Virus record (IMG/VR): IMGVR_UViG_3300012984_000001
Span: 1 to 64,000 of that record
Direction: 5' to 3' (one strand)
Length of the DNA: 64,000 bases
From: a virus
Below the pieces are notes generated by a model. That model was not told the origin of the DNA, made no database searches, and saw only the letters and a list, made by a program, of their open reading frames with translations. This document shows, piece by piece, positions 38,500 through 48,310 of the stretch; position 1 is the stretch's first letter, and every line of letters begins with the position of its first letter. The translations under genes and the position numbers were made by a program.

Positions 38500-40050
38500 T
38501 TAGTTGATAAAACTAGCCGTAAAAAGTTTCTTTTGAATAATAGTTTTAGGCAGAAAGTTCCACCACATCAAATCAAACTCGTAAACTTGTTTTACTGCTG
38601 ATTCTGGAGCGCAATAAAGAGCGCAAAAGTTCTTAATTGCAACATCAAAACTACTTGCATTCGTTTTTAAAAAATGCTTGCCGTTATCGCTTTGGGTTTC
38701 TAGTAAAAAGTATTTCATGATATTGAGTATTAGAATTAATGTTTATTTTTAATATGATTCATCTGCTTTTATGCCGTCTATTCTGTTATATTCTTCCATA
38801 ATGCTTTTAAGATAGTCACAAACTTGTTTTTTAGTACGAAATTCTTTTTCCGTACCTTCTGCATAATTATGCACAGTTAATTCCTCACAACCGTATATCT
38901 CTACTCTGTGAAATGATAACTTTGACAATAACTTTTGTATTTTTTTCATAATGTTAGATTTAAAGATAAACTCGATTGGATTCTCTATAATAACCTTTAT
39001 TTTTTAAAGTATCTGAAATAAGCATTTTAGCCGATGGAACAGATTTATTACAATATCCGCTATCAACTACATAATTAATTAAGTCAATTGTAGGAGTTGA
39101 GTAATTAAGGATTATATACTTCTTTAAGTCCTCAGTACTTTTGTGGATATTATTAAGTTTTTTTTCGTGCATAATCGCATCAAATAAATTTTTCATAATA
39201 AGTATATTTAAAGATTAATAAAAAATGCTCGTCTTTCCGAGCCGTCAGTCTTATTGTAATTTGCAAGCTGTTCATCTTTATGCACCTGTCAAAGCTTGCT
39301 TTGAATCAATCATTACAACTAGCAACCTTACCGACAAGTAAAGAGAGTATGAAATTTGACAGGCTGGAAACGAAGGTCGCACCTCGTATCTTTTAAATTA
39401 GTTCCTCGATTCCGTTTCAAACGTAGCCTTATAGACAAATCGAGGTTTGTATTATATTAGTTTTCTTAATTGTTGCCCTAATAATGGGTAAGGGCGAAAT
39501 CCTTTAGTTAGTACACGCCCACTTGAATCTATAGGAAATTCATTATTTTCATATACAATAGAATATCCTGATAGTTTTTGTTCTTTTATTTGAATACAAA
39601 CATCGTTAAATTCTAAAAGTCCGTGTATTTCTCCTATTGTTTCATTATTTAAAACTATCAGCGAAATAGGTTCTGTTATTCTGTTTATTTTTATCATTTT
39701 AGTTTTTCTTTTAGTCGTTTAAAAAAAGGTAGTTCATAAATATTCAAAACACCACTTAAGCATTCATAATCATAATATAAATCATTTATTTTTAAAAACA
39801 TATGATAATATGAACTGTAATTAAATTTAGGTATATCTTGTTGAATTTCTTCAAAATATTCTGTACTATCGCAAATAATACAGTCTTTTATAGTTTCAGC
39901 GTAATGGTATGCAAAAGCAGTACAACAACCGTTGTTAAATTCTACAGGATTTGCAATAGCCTTTTTGAACTCTTCAATTGTGTAATTCTCTTCATTATTA
40001 GCAATAATAAAAATAGAGTCAATATCATTATTGGTTATTTGAATAGTCAT
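38500..40050 (-). other. Small early hypothetical genes (38500-38718, 38749-38949, 38960-39196, 39452-39697, 39694-40050)
   Basis: Co-directional short ORFs interspersed with structured intergenic segments. Confidence 0.5.
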
Positions 40051-40389
40051 AAGTGTGATATTTATAATTAGTGCCGTTCCTAGTCTCGCTTTAGGATGCT
40101 AGTCATTAACTATCAAACGGCTTGTTTTAGTTTCCCGCATTTCACCGACAGAAACTAATATTATAATTGTATCTCTAATAAATAGAGTAAATGTAATCTC
40201 GATAAATTAAGCGTGTAGCCTTTCGCGCACCCTGTACTGCTTGTCTAAATTAATAGTAAGTTTCTAAGATACTCCTAACACCGCTTTTCAATATTTCAAA
40301 GAGTTCGCTAAGCTCATTTAGTTATCATTTGTGTACTTTCACTAAATCCTTTTGCTATAATTTGTATTAGTTGTTGTTCTAACACATGG

Positions 40390-40420
40390 CAATATTACGT
40401 CAATAATTTGTGACTTGCAA
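40390..40420 (-). promoter_or_regulatory. Leftward promoter TTGCA-N13-TGACGTAATATTG
   Basis: Same motif and spacing at 46439-46469 (+). Confidence 0.6.
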
Positions 40421-41557
40421 CAATTTTTGTAATTATTTTTAATATTTATTCGATATTAAACGTTTGTTGTCGGATACGGAAACCAAAACCCAGCAAAACC
40501 ATGCATTCACGAAAACACGCATAAATGAATAAAAATCACTAAATAGAGAATCAAACATTATACATTGGTCCAAAATCAGTTTATAACGCGGACCAAACAA
40601 CCAAACTCTATACATATAAAGATGCTCATATATAGAAATAACCAGATAGATATACATATGATTGCAACAATTCCAGGAATCACCAATCAGAAACAACCAA
40701 AACACATCGAATTGAATAGATCACATATAAGACATTAAAACATAACCCGACAATAAAAACACCGCAACCAAAATAATCATTAACCCTGCGCCAAACAATC
40801 GCCCAAACTAAACAAGTAAGAAAGCTCAATTATATACTAAGAAACACAGAGGGAATTATGACCAATTTTCACACAACTATAAACCTATCGCATAACTAGG
40901 GTAATAGGTCAGTCTCTACTCGATACCAACGTAGTGTTGACACGGGATTACGTGAAATGAGAATCGTAATTTAGTGTTGATTCTGGAAATTAGTTTATAA
41001 ACTCGGAGTAATTAAGAGTATGAAATACGTAATTGATTGTAAATCAGTCATGTAATATTAGTTTATGCTAATCATGCTAAGATTAACTTTGAGTTGAATA
41101 GAGTTAGTTTTAGCCACAATTCTAGTTTAGTTTATGTATTGAACCCAATCAGAGCAAGGGAAGCCGATTTCAAACGATTCGGAAAAGCAAAACCAAAAAG
41201 AAGACCCGCCCCCTCGAGAAAAAGTGTTTTCGGTGGCGCGCCAGGCCCCGCCAGTCGAAGGGGAGTCTCCACGCCCTACTTGCCTAACTACTTTCTGGAG
41301 TACCTGTAAATGCTGAGGTACGTCGGAGTTTGGGTGGAATGTTCTGGGTTAGTTTTGGCGGGATTCAGTGGTTATTAATCCTCTGGAGGGCATTCTGTGT
41401 AGGTGTGGTAGTTTTTGTTGATTACAAGGCTTTATTTGACTTCGAACGGTTTTTGGCGTTTATATATTAGTAGTTTTTATAAGTGTTATATGAAATAATA
41501 TTATAAATATGTTGTGAGATAATATTTAATGTATTACATTTGTTTAAAATTAATCAC

Positions 41558-41950
41558 ATGAAAGATAGTAAAAGGAGTAGATTATATATCTACGGGGAGA
41601 AAACGGAGGTTCTGACCATTCAGGTTCCGGGTTCTAAGAAAGAAGAAATCAGGGGCAAGTTTTATGAATTGTTGAAAGGGTATGAAAATCCAGCAAAGTT
41701 GTCATTAAACAATGAACCTTCGGATAAAAAAGTCATATCTGATATTGTCGAAGAGCAAAAAGATAATTCAGAGCAGTGTTTTGGGGTTGCTATTTCGGCT
41801 CTTCCTAAAGACAAGAAGCAGATTTCGGTCGGATTGTACTCTTCGGGAGGCAAATTTTACACCAATAAGATTGTTTCTAATCAATTGGTTATTTTAGAAT
41901 GGGGCGACTTGGACTCGGCTAAATTGTACTTAGACAACTTGAAAAAGTAG
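41558..41950 (+). CDS. Hypothetical protein
   Basis: First rightward ORF; TACATTTG element at 41535-41542. Confidence 0.55.
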   Translation: MKDSKRSRLYIYGEKTEVLTIQVPGSKKEEIRGKFYELLKGYENPAKLSLNNEPSDKKVISDIVEEQKDNSEQCFGVAISALPKDKKQISVGLYSSGGKFYTNKIVSNQLVILEWGDLDSAKLYLDNLKK

Positions 41951-41952
41951 CC

Positions 41953-42576
41953 ATGGTCGGAATTTATAAAATAACAAATCCGATCGGTCAGATTTATATT
42001 GGCCAGAGCAAGGATATTGAAGCGAGGTTTATGCAACATAAAACCGGAGTCGCTTCAAAAAAGGATGATTTGCTTAAAAAATCATTTGTTACGTACGGAG
42101 TCGAAAGTCACATATTTGAAGCGATTAACTACTGTTATGAGGAAAATCTTTTGGAATACGAAAGGTATTGGCAGGAAAGATACGATGCTATCGGGCCGAA
42201 TGGGCTAAATATGGAACTCACAAAAACTGATGATAAGCCTAGAGTGCTTAGGAATAAACATGTCATGGAGGGCAAAATGTGGACTTCCGGTTCGAAAATC
42301 ACGCCTTTGCAGGTTTTGGCTATTCGAAGACTCAACAGAATGAATCCAAATTTTAAGAAAAGCAAAGTTGCAAAGAAGTTAGGAGTTGCACATTCGGCTA
42401 TATCATTTATTGTGAACAACAAAACTTGGATAGATTTACAGCTTAATAAACCAATTGATATTGAAAAATACGGAAATATATGGGCTAAAAAACCAAAAAC
42501 GTGCGACCATGACTATTCGTACACTGGTTTTTCTTTTAAATGTAAAAAATGTAATGACTATTTTTATTCTTATTAA
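41953..42576 (+). CDS. GIY-YIG endonuclease (homing-type) with C-terminal HTH
   Basis: GIYKITN...IYIGQS..R...H; E..W..G.N. Confidence 0.85.
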   Translation: MVGIYKITNPIGQIYIGQSKDIEARFMQHKTGVASKKDDLLKKSFVTYGVESHIFEAINYCYEENLLEYERYWQERYDAIGPNGLNMELTKTDDKPRVLRNKHVMEGKMWTSGSKITPLQVLAIRRLNRMNPNFKKSKVAKKLGVAHSAISFIVNNKTWIDLQLNKPIDIEKYGNIWAKKPKTCDHDYSYTGFSFKCKKCNDYFYSY

Positions 42577-42826
42577 CCCCTAAAAACTAAAAAAAATGAC
42601 AAAACAAAATAGTAACAATAAAAAATTAGGTTATGGAATGTAATCATATATTAAAAACACTTTATCAATATAGAAATCCGGAAGGTAAATTGTGCCAAAC
42701 TACGAAATGTATTGTTTGCGGATTAATAAGAACTGAAAGGTATATTCTAACACCAAGACTGCATGTATAACCAAAAACCACGAGATTATCGCAATATCTC
42801 ACATTATTAACTAAAAACTAAAAGGG

Positions 42827-43054
42827 ATGAAAACGTATAAAAAAGGAGATAAAATTGTAATGAACTTTCATTGTGCAGGAGTTGTAAGTCAAGAAACTTT
42901 AAAAGTTATAAAGTTTGAAAATGATGTGATTTATACTAATGAAACTTTTGATAATGAAACAGGAGAAGAAAATCGTAAATTTTGTTCTAAAACTGGGAAA
43001 TGCTTAAACGATAGCAATTATTTTGGGGCATGGAGAACTATAGACATAAACTAA
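42827..43054 (+). CDS. Hypothetical protein
   Basis: 75-aa ORF. Confidence 0.5.
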   Translation: MKTYKKGDKIVMNFHCAGVVSQETLKVIKFENDVIYTNETFDNETGEENRKFCSKTGKCLNDSNYFGAWRTIDIN

Positions 43055-43071
43055 CCCTTAAACCACATAAC

Positions 43072-43464
43072 ATGACTAAACAAGAAAAAATAAAAGAGGC
43101 TTATGGTGAATATTACGAACACTTCAAACCGTATTTACAAGAAAATGGCGAATTAGCATTAAGTAATATTGATTCTGAATTATGGGAAATTGTCGACGAA
43201 TTAGATTTTGTAAGTTTTAGAAATGGATACAGTACTTTGAAATCCTTACAAGGCATAGAAGACAACAACGGTTGGATTAAAATTGAAAGTGAAGAGGATT
43301 TGCCTAAAAATGTCATAGATTGCTGGTTTAAAACTGATTCAGATTATATACTTTTAGGCTATTTTTCTACACGTAATTTTTTTGTAAATGATGGTAATGA
43401 TGTAGAATTAAGATTTGTAACCCACTACCAACCAATAGAAAAACCACAACCGCCGATTTACTAA
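43072..43464 (+). CDS. DUF551-like protein
   Basis: WIKI....LP and VTHYQPI..P. Confidence 0.65.
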   Translation: MTKQEKIKEAYGEYYEHFKPYLQENGELALSNIDSELWEIVDELDFVSFRNGYSTLKSLQGIEDNNGWIKIESEEDLPKNVIDCWFKTDSDYILLGYFSTRNFFVNDGNDVELRFVTHYQPIEKPQPPIY

Positions 43465-44064
43465 CCAACTTGTAAGGAATACTTGCAAGTTAAAAAAAAT
43501 GAAAAAATAAAGGATAACCTGCACTGTATGGTGTTTATTAAATAACTGAAAATTATGAGTAAAGAAATCGGGAATTTCTGGGAATGCAATAAGGAAATAG
43601 AAGTAAATATATGCTGTAATCAATATGATTGTGGCTGTCAAGGATTGCCAACAGAGCCACCATTTTGCAGTAACGAATGTTATGAAAAGTGGATGAGCGA
43701 AAGAGTTTAAAATAACATATTAATATAATTAAAACAAAATATGAAAACACTATTCAAACTAATTCAAAACTTCTTTTACGGAACCAAAAGCAATATTGCT
43801 CCTAAAGAAACTAAATGGTAGAAATGACTGTTATTCTCCGTTTTTGGCGCGACATGCCGAAAGAGGAAAAGCAAGAAATGAAAACAAAGTACGAAATCCG
43901 AACCATAACGTATTCGGATATACAGTTAATTTATAAATCAGAGAAAAAATGAGAGATTTTTTAAATGCAATGCACGACTATCCAGACGAAAGTGCGACTA
44001 TTCTAGCCACATTTGTAGTTGTAGTTTGGCTGATTATAATGTATAAATTATATAACGACAAACT

Positions 44065-44277
44065 ATGAAATCAAAGCAATCACCATTAGCCAGAATAAAC
44101 AGAGTTATGACTTTCTACAAAAATCGTGGAATAAACTCGGAACGCGTAAATAAGGTTTACAGAAACATACTTTCAACCAAAACAATAGTTGATACTCCAA
44201 AGGGAAAATGCTGGTTTGACGTAAAATCATGGCAGAACGAAAAAAAATTTATGGATGAAAAAATGAATGGAAAATAA
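44065..44277 (+). CDS. Hypothetical protein
   Basis: 70-aa ORF coupled to the methyltransferase. Confidence 0.5.
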   Translation: MKSKQSPLARINRVMTFYKNRGINSERVNKVYRNILSTKTIVDTPKGKCWFDVKSWQNEKKFMDEKMNGK

Positions 44278-44280
44278 ATT

Positions 44281-45849
44281 ATGAAATTAAAAGTAGGAAC
44301 AGATTTTTCAGGAGTCGGAAGCTTTGACCAAGCTCTTCAAAGGATAGGGGTTGATTATGAAACAGTTTTCGCGTGCGACATGGACAAATACGCAAGACAT
44401 ACATATCTCCTAAACTTTGGAACTGATGCCGACATGGAACTTCTGAAAACCAAAGAAGTAAAAAAGATTGATGATATTTACTACCGCGGACTCGTGAACA
44501 CAAAACTAAAACCTCCGACAGAAGAAGAATGGCAGTTTGTGAAGGATAATGAGGAGAGAGTGGCACGCTTATTCAGTTTTTACTATCCGTGGAATGTGTA
44601 CAGCAGAGTTATTCCGGAGGAAAGTTTGGATGTTTCTGTACACACATGCCCATGCCAGGCGTTTTCGCTGGCCGGCAAAAGAAAAGGAGAAGAAGACAGA
44701 AGAGGAATCCTATTTTACAATTCACACGAGTTCATAGCCAAAAACTTGCCAAAATCCTTCATATTCGAGAATGTAAAAGGACTTTTGAGTGATGATAAAG
44801 GAAAAACTTTCGGAAGATGGATTGATTTGCTTGGTGGAAAATCAGTGAATGGACAGCCAGTTTTGATGCCTCACGTAGAATCTGTTCCGTATCATATTTA
44901 TTACAAAGTATTGAATGCAAAGGAACACGGTGTTCCTCAAAATCGTGAAAGAATTTTTATTATTGGAATCCGTGATGATGAAGATGATATTTTTAGTTTC
45001 CCAAATCCTATTCCACTAGAAAAACGTTTAAAAGATGTTTTGGAAAAACCGGAAGATTTTGAAAGTTTTGAGGTCTATAGCGAATACATGGAAAAGTATT
45101 TTTTAAGTGAAAATATGATAGAATGTTTGTTAGCAACAAACATAAAACACGAAGCAAAAGGAAACGGGTTTAAATTTGAATGTAAAAGTTTTAATGATAT
45201 TGCAAATTCAGTAACAACGAAAGCAGGGCAAAGAGGAACAGACAATTTTATTTCAGAAGAAATAATACAACTAAATGACCCTATTCATTCAAACGATAGA
45301 GTTTATTCAGAAGAAGGAATTTCGCCAACGCTAAACACAATGCAGGGAGGCAATCGACAGCCTTTTGTTCAAGTTTCAGATGAATACAAAATACTTGGAT
45401 ATACCCGAGATTCAAAAGGAAAAGTTGTTTCAAGACATGAAAAAGAGTTTGCAGGAACTATAACTACATCTTCTGGGGGTGGAGGAAGTACGGACCAATT
45501 CATAGTAATAAATTCAAACACTAAAAAAGGTTTTGAAACTGCAGAAGAAGAAGAAGAAGATTCTATAAACTTTTCAGTTCCGACCTCAAAAACAAGACGT
45601 GGCCGAGTAGGAAAACAAGTTTCGCAGACTTTAGATACTCAATGCAATCAAGGCATTTATACGAGAAAAAGAATCCGTCGATTAACAGAAAGAGAGTGCT
45701 TCAATCTTATGGACTTCAACAAAGATATTCCAGGTGTTCCAGATTTCAAATGGGAAGTTTCTTCAACTCAGGCTTACAAACAAGCTGGTAATTCTGTAGT
45801 AGTGAAGCATTTCGTCGATTTAATAGAAAATTTAGGTCTTAAAAAGTAA
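44281..45849 (+). CDS. DNA (cytosine-5) methyltransferase
   Basis: FSGVG, PCQAFS, FENVKG, PQNRER and QAGNSV motifs. Confidence 0.92.
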   Translation: MKLKVGTDFSGVGSFDQALQRIGVDYETVFACDMDKYARHTYLLNFGTDADMELLKTKEVKKIDDIYYRGLVNTKLKPPTEEEWQFVKDNEERVARLFSFYYPWNVYSRVIPEESLDVSVHTCPCQAFSLAGKRKGEEDRRGILFYNSHEFIAKNLPKSFIFENVKGLLSDDKGKTFGRWIDLLGGKSVNGQPVLMPHVESVPYHIYYKVLNAKEHGVPQNRERIFIIGIRDDEDDIFSFPNPIPLEKRLKDVLEKPEDFESFEVYSEYMEKYFLSENMIECLLATNIKHEAKGNGFKFECKSFNDIANSVTTKAGQRGTDNFISEEIIQLNDPIHSNDRVYSEEGISPTLNTMQGGNRQPFVQVSDEYKILGYTRDSKGKVVSRHEKEFAGTITTSSGGGGSTDQFIVINSNTKKGFETAEEEEEDSINFSVPTSKTRRGRVGKQVSQTLDTQCNQGIYTRKRIRRLTERECFNLMDFNKDIPGVPDFKWEVSSTQAYKQAGNSVVVKHFVDLIENLGLKK

Positions 45850-45852
45850 AAT

Positions 45853-46426
45853 ATGAACAGAGATAAAGTAGCATTCCATGAATGGAGAGCGTTCAAAAAG
45901 CATTTCGGAATAAAAAATTCTGATATTGCCTTGGTTTTAGGCATTGACCGAAAGTCGGTCCAAAATGCAACAGCTCCATCATTTAAAGGTCATTTTCCTG
46001 CATGGGCTAAACTCGCTATTTGGGTTTGGAAGAAAACATCGGATAGTGAAACTCTGCTAAAAGCCGAAATAGTAAAATTAAAACAACAAATTAGTCAATA
46101 TGATAGTAAAAACAATTAAAATTCCGATTTATTGTGGAGAACTAACAATAATTCTCGATAAAGATTTAAAATATGTCGAGAAAAAATACAAAACTACTTC
46201 ATTGGAAAATTTTGGAGCAGTTACTTTAAAAGATAAGTCTAAATATAGACATTATGTTGTGGCTTTTTCAGACAGAAATCACTTAAGTAATATTGCACAC
46301 GAAATAGTACACATTAAAAATCATATTTTCTTGGATTGTGCAATGGAATTAGACAGATATAATGATGAACCAGAAGCTTATTTAACAGGATGGTTATTCG
46401 ATCAAATACATAATGTAATAAAATAA
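45853..46426 (+). other. Two genes: putative HTH protein (45853-46119) and HExxH metallopeptidase-like protein (46100-46426)
   Basis: SDIA..LGIDRKSV HTH; AHEIVH...EPEAY. Confidence 0.5.
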
Positions 46427-46438
46427 TTTACAATTTAC

Positions 46439-46469
46439 TTGCATAATTAAATATTATGACGTAATATTG
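46439..46469 (+). promoter_or_regulatory. Promoter of second RNA cluster
   Basis: TTGCA-N13-TGACGTAATATTG. Confidence 0.6.
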
Positions 46470-46473
46470 TCTT

Positions 46474-46660
46474 ATTAATACTTGTCAAAATAATAACAGC
46501 AACAAAGACGGTGAAATCCCGCATACAGTGATCGGCATAATGCTGTGCAAAAGTAAATTGTCGTGAGTAATTCCAAGATTACGATGTTTGTTTTTGAATC
46601 GGAGCGTAAAGAACATAGGAACCACTCCCGATTGCAACTTGGAAATGCAGAAGTATTGAT
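46474..46660 (+). ncRNA. Unassigned structured RNA
   Basis: Closing stem ATTAATACTT/AAGTATTGAT, internal hairpins, complementary loops TCCAAG/CTTGGA. Confidence 0.5.
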
Positions 46661-46663
46661 GTT

Positions 46664-46748
46664 AGATTTGTGGCTGAGCGATTGAAAGCAGTTGCGGGAA
46701 ACGTGACGGGAAGTAGCTACCCCGAGGGTTCGAATCCCTCCAAATCTT
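46664..46748 (+). tRNA. Ser-type tRNA-like RNA with aberrant anticodon loop
   Basis: AGATTTG/CAAATCT acceptor, Ser-like D-loop and long variable arm, perfect T-arm; loop GGGAAAC lacks U33. Confidence 0.65.
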
Positions 46749-46763
46749 CGAGGTTATGTTTAG

Positions 46764-46864
46764 ATGTTGTTAACGAGCCTTACAATTCGTAGTCCAACAT
46801 AGTAGTTTAAAGCGGTCATCTACTTAAAATAATGACGAAAGTGTGAGTTAAGGCGTTCCTCATA
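46764..46864 (+). ncRNA. Unassigned structured RNA
   Basis: Three hairpins; loops GCCTTA/TAAGGC are complementary. Confidence 0.45.
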
Positions 46865-46899
46865 GTGTAAAGTACTTATCAGCCAAATCTTTACAAAAC

Positions 46900-46972
46900 T
46901 TCCACATAGCTCAGTCGGTAGAGCAAATGACTCATAATCATTAGGTCACAGGTTCAATCCCTGTTGTGGAAA
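46900..46972 (+). tRNA. tRNA(CAT): Met or Ile2
   Basis: Cloverleaf; AATGA-CTCATAA-TCATT. Confidence 0.88.
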
Positions 46973-46973
46973 C

Positions 46974-47272
46974 AATTAAGTTGTTAAGTTCTTTAATTTT
47001 TTGTTTGGACGGGAGTTCGACTCTCCCCGACTCCACGAATCGAGTCCGTGTAAAGTGTTCGATGGTTTGGCACACCGATATACAAAGTGCTATTTTTGGG
47101 GTCGCCTGGTTTTGACAGCAAAGCGAATTAGAAGAAATAGACTTAATTAAAAATAACTGCAAAAGTTATAAACCTTTTTGGAAACGAAGCAAAACTTGCT
47201 GCGTAATCAACGAAATTTGTGATAGCGAAAATATCACTAAACAGCCGGAGGAGATTACTTCAAATCCGGTTT
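46974..47272 (+). ncRNA. ssrA: Circularly permuted (two-piece) tmRNA
   Basis: T-arm plus 3' acceptor strand CGACTCC-A (47011-47035) lies upstream of 5' strand GGGGTCG (47098); G3.U70; tag frame 47159-47206 AKVINLFGNEAKLAA*. Confidence 0.88.
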
Positions 47273-47300
47273 AATTAAAAACAAAAAAACTACCAAAACT

Positions 47301-47501
47301 ATGAGTAAAACTTATTACAAATGTGAGGAATGCGGAAATAGTTTTCCGGAAGACAAATTAGTTATGACAGAAAAACTCGAACTAAACTGTTTGGAATGCA
47401 TTGAAGAAGCCAAAAAGGACAAACGAATTCGAAACATGACTCTTTTGATGTGTGCTATAATTGCGGGTGCTCTTTTTTGGTTAATCTATAAATTTGTTTG
47501 A
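47301..47501 (+). CDS. Zn-ribbon membrane protein
   Basis: Two CxxC pairs and a C-terminal TM helix. Confidence 0.55.
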   Translation: MSKTYYKCEECGNSFPEDKLVMTEKLELNCLECIEEAKKDKRIRNMTLLMCAIIAGALFWLIYKFV

Positions 47502-47654
47502 AATCATGAAAAAACATAAAGAATATTTTTATGGAATCGGAATTTTCGCTCTCCATGTTTTATTTGGAATCGCTACAAAAGAAATTTGGATTTTCTCTAT
47601 AAGCGGATTTTCGTTGGCGGTTATCACTACTTATGTACTTTGTAAATTAAAATA

Positions 47655-47978
47655 ATGGTAGAAAGACGAATAAGAAAAGACGGAACATTAGACTTTATTG
47701 TAAAAGCAAAAAATGGTCATATAGTTTTTTATGGTGAACACGCTTATACAGAAATAGCAAGAGAAAACGGAATAATGTCTATGAGAATTAGCTGTAAAAA
47801 GGATGAATCTTATGATATGAAAGAGTCAGATAATGGTAAACTATATTTCAATTTAAAAGCATATAATGGACATATTATAGGACACAGTCCAATGTATGAA
47901 AGCATTTCTGCAAGAGAAAATGGAGTTCAATCATTAAAAATAAATTCAGCTAATGATTTAAATTATTTTGAATATTAA
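47655..47978 (+). CDS. YegP/DUF1508 family protein
   Basis: Tandem KA.NGHI...Y....ARENG repeats. Confidence 0.85.
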   Translation: MVERRIRKDGTLDFIVKAKNGHIVFYGEHAYTEIARENGIMSMRISCKKDESYDMKESDNGKLYFNLKAYNGHIIGHSPMYESISARENGVQSLKINSANDLNYFEY

Positions 47979-47994
47979 ATAAATATAAATATAT

Positions 47995-48300
47995 ATGATG
48001 CGTTTAGATATTATCGGACATTTGGGTGCCGATGCAGAAATAAAAGATTTTAGCAGTAATCAAGTAATAAACTTTACAGTTGCTGTTTCAGAAACTTTTA
48101 CTAGAAACAATGAAAAAGTAACCGAAACCACTTGGTTTGAATGCCAAAAATGGGGAAATAATACTCAGATTGCACAGCATTTGAAAAAAGGAGGCCAAGT
48201 TTACGTAACTGGAAAGCCAAATAATCGAAGTTATATTAATAATGAAGGAAATGCAGTTGTGGTAAATGGGATTAATGTAATGCAAATACAACTATTATAA
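47995..48300 (+). CDS. ssb: Single-stranded DNA-binding protein (no acidic tail)
   Basis: IIGHLGADAE, F.VAVSE, TTWF, LKKG.QVYV.G. Confidence 0.9.
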   Translation: MMRLDIIGHLGADAEIKDFSSNQVINFTVAVSETFTRNNEKVTETTWFECQKWGNNTQIAQHLKKGGQVYVTGKPNNRSYINNEGNAVVVNGINVMQIQLL

Positions 48301-48310
48301 AATAATAAAA

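Noticed and set aside
40439-41309. ORFs 40439-40705 and 41094-41309
   Set aside because: Non-ATG starts and atypical composition in a skewed, probably non-coding region
41953-42576. Group I intron around the GIY-YIG gene
   Set aside because: Free-standing; no interrupted host gene or intron core seen
46474-46864. RNase P RNA, cobalamin riboswitch, or hammerhead/HDV-like ribozyme
   Set aside because: Diagnostic cores (GAGGAAAGUCC, B12 box, CUGAUGA) are absent; left unassigned
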